This document shows positions 1 through 13,907 of a stretch of DNA of 64,000 nt, one piece after another. Position 1 is the first letter of the stretch. Each line of letters begins with the position of its first letter. The notes below the pieces were generated by a model that worked only from the letters and a program-made list of their open reading frames with translations, ran no database searches and was not told the origin of the DNA. Both the position numbers and the translations under genes were made by a program. Origin of the DNA: Laetmonice hystrix (taxonomy: Eukaryota); the NCBI GenBank assembly GCA_965235115.1, contig OZ249438.1, positions 22,196,001 to 22,260,000 on the forward strand, given 5' to 3'.

Positions 1-280
1 ATACGGGTGACCGAGTTTCAGCAATGGCCTTGAAACCCATACAAATAGACCTACGTATGGGTAACTTTGTTGAATGTCACAACTTCTGTGGAACAGTGAT
101 GTTAGATGGTTAATGCTAGCAGGAGGAAATAGCAGGAGTCAATCTATATTGACATATACATGGTTCGATACATGGCAAGTGTCCTGTTGTAAATACATAG
201 GGGGCCTACATGTTTCAGACATTATATAGGTGCCTGCACATTGTGTTGGGTTTATGCAGTAATCTATCCCCTCATGGCTT

Positions 281-552
281 ACCACAGAGAACATCCCGAT
301 CAGGGTAATCCTTTTTCTCTTACCAGGGGGGCAAAGGAATTGCAACATATACTTAAGTCTTTATCTTTAGTGGTGTTGTCCTACCACAAAGTGACAGCTG
401 CGGTTGGTGCGGTTAACAGGTGTAGAGTCTTGGTGGTTGTAACGGGTAGCTTTATGTGTTACAGCCTCCGCGCGTTTAGTGTTGACTTCTAGGTTGCGGT
501 TAGTTTAAAAGTTTGTGGGGATTTCATTGCGGTTTGACGCGTAGAAACCACA
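281..552. promoter_or_regulatory. Homotypic cluster of 7 Runx consensus sites (TGYGGT/ACCRCA), candidate enhancer
   Basis: ACCACA at 281, 383, 547; TGCGGT at 399, 408, 495, 528. About 0.3 expected in 272 bp of random sequence. Function is inferred from motif only. Confidence 0.45.
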
Positions 553-3270
553 CCAGGTGTCAGTGGTGAGCATTGATGAAAACGTATGTGAACATAAGGT
601 TCTATTTAACTGGGTCGGGTGTTTGTCAGTAAACCTCAAACGCTACTTGTGGCTTACGTCATACCGTCTACAAGTCGAGAGTGACGTATGGGTGTTAGCC
701 ACGCACGCGTTCTACTCATGTCAAAACCGGAGATTTTGTTATGTGTTTGGATAGATCTATATCCATTACGCCTACAAGAAAACTAGATTCAGTTTACTGC
801 CTCTCTCGAGGAGAACTTAAACAAATTCCTATATTCTTTTCACACACTTCAAGGGGGTAGTCCCAGTCATATTTTGTTAATGGATGATAGGGCCTATAGG
901 CCTACCAACTTAATTGGATAGTCCGAGGGCCAGGGTTCTGTCAAAATGAGAAGAAATATAAAAGTCAATAAAACAGCGGAAAAGATTAAATAAAAACGTT
1001 ATAAATTAGACCAGGTTGCTTTGTTTCCGGTATTAGGTAATGTTAAGTAGGGATCAAGGGTTAATATATTAAGTTACGTTAGCCATACAGACAAGGTGGG
1101 TGCGACGGGTCATGGTCATATTTAAGGTTAAAGGTGGTCACTCTTCAGTGGCTTCAGCAGGCTACATTCATACAATAAGAGAGGGTCTCACTGACGACAT
1201 GCATGGAGTAAAGTTGTAAACATATAGACGATGTCATTGGATGGGTGAGGGTACATTGGTTACGTTCATAATAACTCAACAGGTGGCGCCGTCGTCGGCG
1301 TAGGCCCTGACCGACGTGCCGAGTCTCCCGAGTTGTCGACCACCAAACGACCCAGTTCGGATCCATGCTTGGTCAGGCCCAATCTACACTGACCTCTAGC
1401 GGCAACGTATGTCCTTCTGCAACCTTTCGGATCGTTTGTATATGTGCGACACCCTAGTTGGCATGTCATCTTCTTGGCATGATGTGTGGTGGGGTGAGGC
1501 CAATCGAGCCGTGACCTCCTCTCCTGTGTGGACCCCGTGGATTTATGGATACGTAACGCTAACGTTGACCGGCCCTGTAGACCTATAACTTAACTATCAC
1601 TTATATTTTACATAATTATTGAAGTGCTGTAAAGTGACATTTCTTAAAAACCAAAATAAAAACATATAGGCCCTACAGCCTAAATCCTGGATAAAATAAA
1701 GAGAGTCTTATAAATCGGCGAATCTGAAAGATTTCCATGCAGGCTACCACCCCAACAATATTCCTACAGGGTTAATTTTGAATAGTTCTATTCGGGAGAA
1801 CACCTGGTCAGGTAGGAGCCCCAGCAGATGGATACGTTAACGTGAGAGATTCGAAGCACAATCAGAACGCATGTAAATGTGGCATGTTATGATGTGTGCA
1901 TGCCGCGCTGGGCGCACACAATAGTCGCCATGCTAGGACACATGTCAGCGATCCCATGTTTCCGTGGACAATGACCAGGTGCTGTAAGACCCCGCCGAGC
2001 TGAGGACATGGAATGACTTTATGACGTCTTCGACCTCAGTAGTTCATTCACACGTCATCTGTATATGGCCTTCACGCCGGCCAACGGTCGGAAGGGCAAG
2101 GCGTCTTTGAAGTGAAGTGTATAAAACGCCAATCATGGCGGGGTGCTTACACTTCTAGACGGAATCTTTATGTGATTAGGGCAGATGGGAGAATTTCAGT
2201 CCCAAGTTTTATGTAGGCCTATAAGTGACTTTTTCAAGTTCATTCCTGTCACAGTGACACGTAGGTATAGGCCTACACAAGTTATGGTGAACAATTGAGA
2301 AACATTAAAATACGGTCATATTATGCATAATAAAAACATAATTCACTCTTCGACTTCATAATAGAGAACCGACGATTCGATGTAGAACTTAAAGGGGGTT
2401 ATTTAACAAATTCCACATCCACTGTCGCTTAGTTTTTCTAAAAGATTTCCTAATAATATACCTTTTGTGCCATGAATTTTGTATAATTTTCTTTTGTGGT
2501 AGACTTATTATGTGATATTAAAAAGGCAACTTAACGAAGTATGACTCGATGATTTGGGTATTTTTTTCCGGTTGCCGTTCGGGGCGTCACTGTAGCCAGG
2601 ATTGTCCGTGTTAACCTGGCCAGCGCGCATGACCGTAGCTCGGGCTTTGTAGGCTCGTGCAGCGCCATCTGGCTGGAGAGAAATTCGGCCAAACTCGGTC
2701 GGTGCTCACCATTGAAAGAACACAAAACCCTCAGTCTTACAGTTGAGCAACTTTCGCTAACATACCGGCTTGTCTTTCACGGCCGAGACGAGGGTCCACA
2801 GAGGCTAAGTTCATAAACAATACCCAGGGGTCAGGTCAGGCCTCGCTGCTAAACCCATCCGTCCTGCCCCCCTCGCCACCCCCACTTTGAACCCCAGCCT
2901 GCAGCCCCGAGCCTAGGTCGGCCAGGTGCGCGGTATGTGGGTGAGGTGTTATGTAGCGTTGCACCGAACCAGTCCTAATTACCGTCACGAATGGCCAGTA
3001 GTTTTCTATGGCAGGACGGCTGAATGTACAAAATGTAATGCCCCGCGTGACCAGCTTCCCGCCAGGCACGTATCCCTATCCGTGCTATATGGCCACCCGA
3101 TATCCCTTTTTTTGTTTAAGAGATAAGCAAACAAAACGTGCGACCTATATATCCGTCGATGACCACATAAACGTGCCGACTGCTAAGCCCATTGTTGCAG
3201 ATTTACGCCACCCATGCAAAACGGCACCAAGAACAGCTCAGTCTGTGCTGATTGGTGCAAGTTTCAAACC

Positions 3271-3320
3271 ATGTCGTCGGATGTCGTCGGATGTCGTCGG
3301 ATGTCGTCGGATGTCGTCGG
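3271..3320. repeat. Tandem repeat, 10-bp unit ATGTCGTCGG x5
   Basis: Five perfect consecutive copies. Confidence 0.95.
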
Positions 3321-6300
3321 ACTATTACCGTCTTTAGTTTAAATCATATTCTTATTCAGTAACAGAGGCACATCGTCAAACGCGAGTGAGCGTTTGAAGA
3401 AGTGTTACACTACGGTAAATATTTTATGTGGTAAAATTCATTAGAGAAATTTGATGACTAACTCACCGACTGGCCAACATGTTGACATTTTCAGCAACAC
3501 CGAGACTTTCACTTCAATTGGTACCCTGGTGGTGCTGAAATAATGGCCTGTGAATCCTAACTGGCCCGGGTGAAACCAAATCTTTCTGGTTGTTATAGAA
3601 CTAGTATGATGCTGGCAGCAACCAATGAGATTACGCCTTCTAAATGAAGGGTGTGGCAACACTATTATTACCCTTAATTTGGCGGTGTAAAATCCAGCTG
3701 TTGTCCATTGTGCGAGCCATGAGAGTTGGGAGATGGTAGAAACGGCCATTTCTATATTACTGTTTAAAGAGTCAGGTCAGATTTACTGGTCGGCAAACAT
3801 AAGGCTTGTAGTACATGTAGTACATGTAGTACGCTGGCTTTAAGACGATGATTTCAACAGGGTGCACTATTTAACATTCCCAACTAAATCGTGATAATAC
3901 AAGGTATGGCCCCATAAATTGTATCAACTTATCATTTTTTTCTGTTTTTCTTTGGGGGGGGGGGGGGGGGAGGGTTAGGGGGTATTGCAGGTAAGAGATA
4001 ATTCAATCCATGTGCAGCTACCACTGAGAGGTTTTACTTTTCTACGTCCTGACATTATGTAGGCCTATACTACTCGCGAAGTGTAAAACGAACGTGGTTT
4101 TTGGACACTCACTGTATGTGCCCCTATGTTTTACCATCGTCAAAATACGTTTAGAAAAAGTGTGTCGAACCAACAAACCATCCATACTTAGATATTTTAT
4201 GGTAAAACTAATCTCTCTTTGGATATATTTCGGTGCGGAAAATGAAAGTCTAGAACAAATTACAATTGGCTTCTCCACATAACGCTACTTATCTGCATAA
4301 TGTATTCTTGACATTTCGATTCCAAGAACAGATAATGAAATATTATGTATTAATATTCTTGGCAGTAGTTAAGATGTCAGTGTTTTATATAACGTATATC
4401 AAATTACCAGGAACCTATGAGATAAGAAGAATTTCATTATCTGTAAATGTTGTGTACATAAAGACCAACAACTGTCATTTAAATTAGGCCATGAGTATAG
4501 TATTGTATACTTCCTCCTTGAAATGTATCATTAAGCAAACAACACCAAAAGATGATGGTGCTTCGCTAACATAAGGTCTGTATCCTTGAGTAAATACTGT
4601 ATCATTATTTATTCTGAGAGACGCCGAGTGCATGACAATGCAGGATATGTTATTTCAATTAATAAAAGTAGCTTCATGCAAAAGAAAAAGTGCAGAGGAA
4701 TTAATATAAAACCCTTGACTGACAAGATGAATGCTGTCGAGTAGGCCTTAGGTTTTGAACACTGTGCGATGTGAAGAGGCGGATTAATAGTATAGAGCCA
4801 CGTGTCGAGGCTTAGCGGCAGTGGCGAGCAGGACAACCCATGCGCTGTCCCTTCACAATTGCAGCCATCACTCCCACCGTCACTAGGCTCTGTCTAGTTA
4901 CGACAGCAAAAATTCGCTACGAGATCACGTTGCCAGGCGTAGATTGAGGAGCCCGACTGAAGTTTTTTCATCGCGGAGATAGCCGTGTCCATTAAGTCGA
5001 CAGCGCTTGCTCTTACCGTGCCGAGTTTAATTAAAAAAGAAAACAGCGAAGGGCAAAGGGCTACGTCGGGAATTCTATTAGAGAGAGCGACAGGGCCGGA
5101 GGTGCAGCGGGGTAAACATCTCGGGGCTTTGTGGACCGAGGTGAAGTCTTGGCCCCTTCCGCCCGCACCTGGCCCGGGTCGGACCGACAGTTGGGGTGGG
5201 TCAGGCGGTGGGTCAAGGGTTCCACCAGGGGCAGTGGTCGGAGAAAGGGTTACAGTGGACCTAGGTGGACAGTCGGATACCGCCGTCCAACCACTCCATC
5301 CTCGGCGCCGGACCAGCTCATCCTGCACACTTTATTGAGTTGGGTGGTCGCGCCCTTTCCAACTCCTTTGTTACCTGTTTACAGTGTAACCGGTTGGGGG
5401 AAGCCAATAGGTTGTTCGGTAATCTCATCCATTATACAGATGGTCTGTAGTCAGTGCATCATGTAGTCAGTGGTATACTGAAATATACAAGATAACAACA
5501 CGAGAAGGCATTAATTCTGTAATATCAGTTTTAATCTTCCAAAACAATTTTTTCTTAAATTACAGATATATAGGTCTCCTTCTAACAAACATCCACATGG
5601 CGATAAGGGACAAGCAGCTAATGTCAAGGCACACAAACACTTAACTTATAGATAGGCCTACTTTATGGGTGTACTGCTATACTGCCAGGCAGGTTATATA
5701 ATGATAGGAAAGGGCAGTGAGGGGGCGGAAGGTCTGGTCTGATAGCTGCATAATTAAAATCTAGTTACATATAATATTATAGGGTTCCAATAGGTTAATA
5801 TAACGAAAGATCAATAAAGAGACACATAAAGAGCACATGTATCTACCTAGTATGGTCTTCCCTTCTGGTGCCATGGTAAATTAAACCATTATAGGCCTAT
5901 AGAATAGCAGGATATTGATACGTTTGCAGTACCACTGTCTTGCTCCGTAAGTTAGGAAAGTGTAAACTGGCGTAGGATATCACGTTGGTATAAAAGGAAC
6001 TGCAGACTTTGAAATCAGTGTACTTCAAGTGGTGATAGATGTACATCTGTGTCTCCTACTTGAGCTACTTGAGCCGATGGAAACCTGGCCATCTGCACTC
6101 AATCGTCTGCGCAGTTTTTGGTGTTCTAATCATAACGCTAACATTTGGGCTTTGATGATATATGGCAATGTAATTCAAAAGATTAGGCCAAATACGATAA
6201 TTGATTTTCTCACAACGTTTCTTGTTTGCTCTACTCAATGACGTGAACAACGTTCTCAGAGCGATATCCATTTAATCCGCCAATGCTAACACTGAATCCG

Positions 6301-7701
6301 CAAACACTTTGGACGGGCACCAAATCCGCCACTGTTTGCAAGCAAATAGGAGCACGCAGTCGCAACAGGCTTTCGTATATAGGCACCAAGCTTCCTTCAA
6401 TTAGTTGGCAGGTTTGCGGACAAGAAGAAGCATATGGCGCGATGTTTACGTCAAATGTCGTCTGCAGTGGTCACGTGGTCTGCCATTGAAGCCGCTCAGC
6501 GTCGACTGATTGACCGGGGTCAGGCGGAGGGAGCCTGGCCGGAGGAGGTAACAATGGCCCGGTCCGGCCCTGTCGGGGCTGACGGTCACTTCCTGCCACC
6601 AACAACTTATTTGCGACATTTTACAGCATTATCTGTAACTGGACATCTGCGTGCCGGTGTTACGAGGGGTTGCAGGGGGTCGGCGGAGCGGGGTTGGAGG
6701 TGACGGGTGTCACGGCCGTGTCACAGGGTGACAGTCGTGATCCCCGGGATCAGGCCACCCCTCTCTGGCCCCGCCCCTCGTACTCTTTGTGTGCGGACAA
6801 CTGCCGTGAAATTACCACCGTATGACCGTTCAACGCTTTGTTTTCGGCCGCCGGTCTTACATCTGTCCGTCCTCGGGGCCGATGGTCAGTTGTTCTGGCC
6901 GTAATCGATGAGGACAGAGCTCAAGCTATGGAACGGTTTATCTTACCCCTCACTGGACGCCGCTCAGTTGTTCTCACACCGGTGTTTGTTTTTGGCGGTA
7001 ACCGATTCCTTACGTCTACTCAATAATTTTCTAATTTGTGAGAGGATATCAATAGGGTTAATTTTCCCTATGAGAGATAATCTCTACTATATCTGTTGGT
7101 ATGCATCATGCGGCACGGATAACTATGTCGGTCATTTCGTTCGGTTAATTCATGGTTATAGCATCGGCTTGAAGTGTACAAACACGAAAGTAATCATAGT
7201 GATAGTATACATAAAATATTTTGCCTATAGAATAGCACTGAAGAAAGTTTCCACCAGATTTACATTGGAATATGTATGAGCATATAATATAAAGAACGTA
7301 AGATAAGAGAGAGTTAAAGGCGACTTTTATTTCGATGACTATCTTGTACTCATATTATGCTTGTAAAGTACATGCCATTCAGGGAAAGCATGTTTACTTT
7401 CATGTGGAACTCAATATCTCCATTTTGGCATCGCATCTAATCGCGTTTGATGACATGGCTTTTGGGTCGGTGGCGTTTGATATGTGGTAGAGTGTAAACC
7501 GAGCCCAGAGGATAACCATCACATACATCCATTAACATTTCACATATGTTTAAGTACACCACACGGCTTCCCTGTCATGCCTGATATCATCGACGTACGG
7601 CTATAGGTTTCACAGTACGCTCCACACGGCATCGGCTCTAATTGACTTACAACGTATGTACAGAAAGTACCCTCAAAATACATACAGACCTGTACTACTG
7701 C

Positions 7702-7940
7702 NNNNNNNNNNNNNNNNNNNNNNNNNNNNNNNNNNNNNNNNNNNNNNNNNNNNNNNNNNNNNNNNNNNNNNNNNNNNNNNNNNNNNNNNNNNNNNNNNNN
7801 NNNNNNNNNNNNNNNNNNNNNNNNNNNNNNNNNNNNNNNNNNNNNNNNNNNNNNNNNNNNNNNNNNNNNNNNNNNNNNNNNNNNNNNNNNNNNNNNNNNN
7901 NNNNNNNNNNNNNNNNNNNNNNNNNNNNNNNNNNNNNNNN
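7702..7940. other. Assembly gap (239 N)
   Basis: Run of N. Confidence 1.
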
Positions 7941-8432
7941 ACAACCATTCATACCGAACACGGGATGCCCTATATCTCCGACTTTATCTTACTCTTTTAC
8001 TAGAATAGTCAAGTATAGGTTTTCAACACGAAGAATGTGGTACATAGTTCATTGTCACCTGCTCTCGTTTTATAAACGCCTTCGGTGGTGTAAGGGTAGT
8101 TTTTCTCCTGCTATTAAGTGTCCTATACTAATTATGATGAGTGTGATTTTCTGTAAATGATGCTATTATTTTTATAGAGTAGTTTAAAGAGTTTGCCCCA
8201 TGTGTTTTCAATTTTTACTATAAAGGGTCAAAATTCACGTTTCTTGGGCAGAGTTCTACATGTAGTTCTAGATGAGGTAGATGACCCCAGAATCACGCCT
8301 ACCATCGTGACAGAGACAGATTGACTTATTGACTAGAAGCTCTGATTGCCAAGCAATACAGGTAGGATCCCATTTCCTCATTGGTTTTCTACCATTACCT
8401 ACATTTTTCTCTCCTATAATTTGACTGTCCTG

Positions 8433-8808
8433 CAGGCCTCGAATTACACGACGGCATCGACGGCAATTGCCGTCGTGCCCCTTCCATTTGCCATGGTGCC
8501 CTCCTATTTTTTGCACCATCGACGGCAGTCCAGTGCCGTGGTGCCCTTTTCCCTTGCTACCATGTGCCCTTCAGCTGTAATCAGCCATCCCTGACATCGA
8601 TCCCCTAGTGATCACCAACACAACTAACCTAAAGTGTGAAGATTCCTTGTTTTACTGTTAAGCCAGACATGCGAGGTTTGGTTTTGGAGAAGTAAATTTG
8701 CCGTGGTGCCCTTCTAAACTTGTTGAAAATGCCGTGGTGCCCTCCTTTAAACAAGGCCCTCGACGGCAATTTTTGCCGTGCCCCTTTTAACTTCTAATTC
8801 AAGGCCTG
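8433..8808. mobile_element. Non-autonomous hAT-like MITE (376 bp) with 14-bp TIRs and 6-bp flanking duplication
   Basis: Left TIR CAGGCCTCGAATTA (8433-8446); right TAATTCAAGGCCTG (8795-8808), 13/14 match. GTCCTG directly flanks both ends (8427-8432, 8809-8814). Subterminal motifs GCCGTGGTGCCC and CGACGGCA recur near both ends. Confidence 0.8.
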
Positions 8809-9064
8809 GTCCTGTGATTCTGCCAACTGTTCCACAGGTACACTGCTGTATCCCTGTCTCCGAGTTTGTTCCTACTCTTCACTCAAGAAATGACCCTTCT
8901 TTTGAGAAATCTTAACACGTCATCAGTCAGTGACGTTACGTCACAATGACGTAATCAGTCAATAGCTGATCAGTTTATGTCATGATCAATATTCCCATGA
9001 ACTTTCAGGAAGATACCTTCATGAAACCGAGATACGGCCATAGTCTAACTACACCAATAATATA

Positions 9065-9099
9065 GAAGAAGAAGAAGAAGAAGAAGAAGAAGAAGAAGA
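9065..9099. repeat. (GAA)n microsatellite, about 11 units
   Basis: Direct reading. Confidence 0.95.
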
Positions 9100-10221
9100 C
9101 TGAAAAAGAACAGTGTAGACGAAACCCAGTAATTTCAAAATCCTATTTCCCCCTTGGGAGTTGGGGGGGGGATTGGATAATTTATCGGTAGTTCTATTTC
9201 CAGCTGGTGTCATCTCGCCCCGTTTCCCATGCGCGTTTACACCCACGCTAATTATGAATCCCGATAGGACAATTGACCAATGTTGTCGCACGTGTTGATT
9301 TGTCCCCTAGAGCCAGCGACCAGTAGATGGAGGCAGGCTCGGAGTCAAACCAGGTATGACAGAAACACAGATGAACTCAGGTGAGCGTGCGAATTACCTT
9401 AGTGATACCTCGGCCCGGCCGTCCCTACGTTATCCGCCACAACGACCGTGCTCACGGGGTCGGAAGAAAGCAATCGGGAACAGGGCTTGTCCACCCCGGC
9501 CTGGTTCAGCCATTGGTCAAGCCAGCTATGACCGTGTGCACTCCACCGCACACAAGTTCATCGCACGCGTGCACGGTCGAGAGCACTGAACATGGCAAAT
9601 AAAGGACACCATAATCCTATAGAGGATATAGTCAAGTACCTTAAGACGATCGTGGGCCACGCATGCACGTTGGTGTGACGTATCCACGAAGTGACGGCAC
9701 GTTAATGCCGTCAGTCCTCACGAAGAGTGGCCTACACACGACCCGTCCGGCACCGCCGTCTCTGTAACTCAACTTGGTGCAAACTTCTCACTTTTGTAGA
9801 CGCCCAATCACATCCTTTGCCGAGCGAAAACTGCTTTCAGTGGCAAAGGTCTGACGATGAACTTTACACCTTAAAGTGTCCAGCTGACCAGAAACGCTGA
9901 CCCACTTCCACCGAAGGATTCTTTTTACAAATATCCACCCCCTATCACCTCCCTGGACGAAGACGTCATAATCGGGCTGACAAAGGCGACCCCTCCCACT
10001 TTCTGTCGGGCATAGAAAGAATTCTCCGATATATTGTGACCTCGACACGAACACCGCCCCAAACGTCAGCCTACTGGTATACAACAATGAGACAACTATT
10101 TCTACGGGCCCGAATTAATCGTACCTTCCTTAGTTTGTTACCCTTGGTGTCATAATATACCTGCATCGGGCGTGTATACATGTGCATGACTGTACGCCTG
10201 GGTCTGCTCAATGTAGAGACA

Positions 10222-10474
10222 ACATACTCCTCCTGTACGTACATACATACTCCTCCTGTATGTACATACATACTCCTCCTGTACGTACATACATACTCCT
10301 CCTGTACGTACATACATACTCCTCCTGTATGTACATACATACTCCTCCTGTATGTACATACATACTCCTCCTGTATGTACATACATACGCCTCCTGTATG
10401 TACATACATACTCCTCCTGTATGTACATACATACTCCTCCTGTATGTACATACATACTCCTCCTGTACGTACAT
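10222..10474. repeat. Minisatellite, 23-bp unit ACATACTCCTCCTGTAYGTACAT, 11 copies
   Basis: Direct periodicity; explains the overlapping repetitive ORFs at 10071-10569. Confidence 0.97.
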
Positions 10475-13400
10475 GTAGACCTGTACCTACATCAGGGCAT
10501 GTTGAGACTACTTATATACGAGGCAATCGGTTGAAACTGGACCACATCCGCTTTTCTTTACGTCCTTAATAAGGCAGTATACGGTACAGCTTATTAAAGG
10601 TGTACGAATGTATAATTCTATGGTCGACTATATATACATAGAATAACACTATGGAAAAGCCACAAGAAAACAAGGAGCAGCAATGCTGGGAGCAGTCCTG
10701 GCCATCCAGACAATCAACCAATGTAGATATCTCGGAATAAGTTGAATAGTTATCAACCCGTCATATGTCGAGGAGCATGCATGTGTACGCCTGTGAAGTT
10801 GCATGTGTGGTCAAGACATGAAAGGAAACGGTCCCCAGAGAGATACGAACTTGACCGATCCTGTAACTTAGATAACACGCTCGGTTGATGGTTTGAAGGT
10901 CGCGGAGAGGGAGGGTGGCGGTTTGCAGGTCGGCGGTATCCATTAAACGATGTTACTGACGGTTACGGCGGAGGGCGGGGGGCAGGCGGGGTCAGGGCCG
11001 GCTGACACGGTCCGGGCCCGTGACTGGCAGGGGACGGTCCGAGGGTTCAAAGGTGGACCACGCCGCTCCCCTCGCGACCCCACCGGTCATCCCCCACTGA
11101 CTGAAAATGTCCCGAAATGGTGTAAGGCTGGGATAGAATCCACGGTCATTGTATAGTCGTCATTGACGTTCCCACAGCCCCCTCGGCAGTATGTCTTAAT
11201 CTGACCAGTGGCCGCGATCGGTGAGTGCCATCAATATATGTAGCAAGGCTTGTCGCAGTGATTGATACCCGCGTGTGTTAGCCACCCCACCACACACCCT
11301 GACCCCGCTTTCTCAGACGCTGACCAGGCACCAGGAATTGGAGCAGTGCGTCCACAGAATGGCTTTACCTCATGGCGAGTAAGAGGCCCATCAGTAATTG
11401 AGCGTGGAAAAGTAGAAATCTTGTGAGCAGCTGCTTGCTTGGAATGATGGCCAATGTCCAGTTTGAAAAATGGCCCTGAGTCAAGTGTGAGACATCGTTA
11501 TACGTGAACCCGGCCCCGTTCTGTTTGACGTATAATGTCCCCTTCTTCTACTGAGGCTGCTTGGAGTGATTTAAGTTCGGAACTCGCAGCATTATGAGGA
11601 CGTACTTTTAGTGATTTACGTTGTATGGACGGAGGAGTGCGATATTAAAAGGTGCAATACTGGTCGTATAAACAGGAATAAAACAAACGCATTGCGGGCG
11701 TCTTCCGCTTTGAAAGGTCATTCCGTCATGGATATTGCGTTGAATTCGCGCACCAACACGCTCACGTGCCTCACATAAGGCCAGAATCCCTAGAAGCAAC
11801 CAGTCGTACGTCAATGCATTGCCACTGCGAATGGCAATTTTGTCCCAAGAACGTGCTTTACGCGTCCTCGGTGATGAACAAAAATTCAAGAGGGGCCCAT
11901 AAAGTTTGGACACCACAGCGTAAGGGACACATAAAGGTAGGGGGCGCCACCGGTGGCGGTGATTTATGGGTGGCAGCAGACGACAGAATGTCAGCTGAAG
12001 GCGTCTTACCCCTGCCCGCTGCCCACACAAAGTGACAGCCAGCCTATCGGAGCGCTATTCTAGATTAAGGACACACTGAGAGCGAAACGACAAGGGTTTC
12101 TGGGTTACAATCTCCGCGAAAAGAGAATAATGAATGGTCAGCTGGTTACAATCATGGAGACTGCACGGGGAGGTCTGCTTCCAACACTAAATATGCACCA
12201 AACAACCCCAAGCTACATAACCAATAGATGGAGATTGACAGTTTTCGACAGGTTCAAATACCTTATGTGGGCCTATTCTTTGTGCCTAATATATGAACCT
12301 AAAGTTCAGGGACTTCTATGGTGTAGTGAATTTCATGCCAAATTGAGCCCAAAACGTTTACTGTATGCCAAAATAATGAACAGTAATGCACATACAGTAT
12401 ACATCCGCGTCAAACTATAGAGGATTAAGCCTAACTGTGCAATCAAGTGGAATATAAATTTATTTGTGAAAATATAGAAAGGTTTAAGATATTTAAATAT
12501 TGTGTGTTCAGATGATCTCTTGAGTCGGTATCTTGTTGTCAGCTCAGTGGACGCACTTAGTTGCTAATAACAGAATTCCGTCAGTCTTCTGGGATAAGAT
12601 GACCATGGGATGTCATGTAGCTATCCATCTACTCTATGGGCCATCTCATCCGGGTATTCAGGGCCAGGCAAGGTGAAGGTCGCGAAGACGTCCTTTCAAA
12701 ACACGCTATAGCCTTTAATACACACGGACATCCATCATGGGTTTGTCACGTGCCAGTTAAATATCTGTCACATAAAATGACGTAAAATGCGTTGTCTCCG
12801 TTCCATAAAAGCACGCTCCCTGACCACCAAAGTTTGGCGATGGCTCTTGCAAGCCCGTTGAGGCGTTCCTGCCAGGCCAACTTGAAGGGGATGCTCGCTG
12901 ACGACTGACACTGGTTGGCCTCGCAATGGTAGAAGGGCGAAATGTGCACCGTTAGTTCGGATGACAAGGCTTCTGATGAAATGCGTGATTACAATGATAG
13001 ATGTCGGCCCGCGCCGGAATGTCGAGGTGTCGTGGAGGGACGGCCATCGCCGCCAGCCAAGGTCCGGTCCCGGCACGTTTCACAAGGCTACCACAGGCCG
13101 CCATATCTCACAGGCGTTTAGCAGACGATTTGCGCGCAAGCCCTCTGTCCGTGGCCTACGCGGCCGCTTGGAACAGATTAATGGCACTAAAACGATGAAG
13201 AATCCCTGAGAAAATTGTAGCGACGTGTGGTCTGAATGGATTAGGCATGCTCCTCCCCTGGAGAGCACAGGGAGACGGCGGTAGGTTAGACGGGCCGCCC
13301 TGGAAGGACGTAGGAGGAGGGGGGAGTTGGTGACGGATGGGTGCCGGACGGCCCGTGGCCATCAGCGTCGACTGGAGCTATGTTATTCAAACATCATTAG

Positions 13401-13556
13401 GGTCGAACTTTACACCAGTAAACCACCGCAAGCTACACGTCTCGACTTCAGCGCCATCTCTACGGTGTACACTTCAAATACATAACGAGGGTTCCTCGTC
13501 TATATCATACATAATATTCGGCAACTGCCAGAGTTTACTTGAAAAATGTATATAAG

Positions 13557-13907
13557 CAGGCCCGTAGCCAGGATTTTGTTGGGGGGGGGGGGGGGGCACA
13601 CGTCTCATGCGAGCGCCGAAAAGCGCGAAGCGGGGGTCTGGTGGCCCTCCCCCAGAAAAAATGAAAATTATAGTGCCAAATACGTAATAACGACATACTA
13701 AGTCGTAATAACGACATAGCTATGTCGTAATAACGGCATACTAAATCGTAATAACGACATAGCTATATCGTAATAACGACATACTAAGTCGTAATAACGA
13801 CATAGGCCCAGTCCACTGAGTGCTTGCAACTCTTTGAAGTTAGGGGGCGCTTGGGCTCTGGGGGGTTTGTGTATGCATCCTGCGCACCCCCTGGCTATAC
13901 GGGCCTA
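13557..13907. mobile_element. Non-autonomous TIR element (MITE) with poly-G tract and internal palindromic array
   Basis: Left end CAGGCCCGTAGCCAGG; right end CCTGGCTA(TA)CGGGCCTA is its reverse complement apart from a 2-bp TA insertion and the terminal base. No convincing TSD, so the superfamily is uncertain. Confidence 0.65.
13683..13805. repeat. Array of 6 palindromic units, alternating 21/22 bp (43-bp dimer x3)
   Basis: CGTAATAACGACATA cores start at 13683, 13704, 13726, 13747, 13769, 13790. The consensus core TATGTCGT-AATA-ACGACATA is an 8-bp stem with a 4-nt loop. Confidence 0.93.

Noticed and set aside
3971-3980. AGGGTTAGGG as interstitial telomere
   Set aside because: Under two units, adjoining a poly-G tract.
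7540-8160. ORFs spanning the first gap
   Set aside because: Artefacts of the N run.
10071-10569. Overlapping ORFs (also 28155-28711, 40716-41218, 43661-44461)
   Set aside because: All are translations of tandem arrays.
13683-13805. CRISPR-like palindromic repeats
   Set aside because: Linkers are 6-7 bp and themselves repeated, there are no unique spacers or cas genes, and the context is eukaryotic and inside a MITE.
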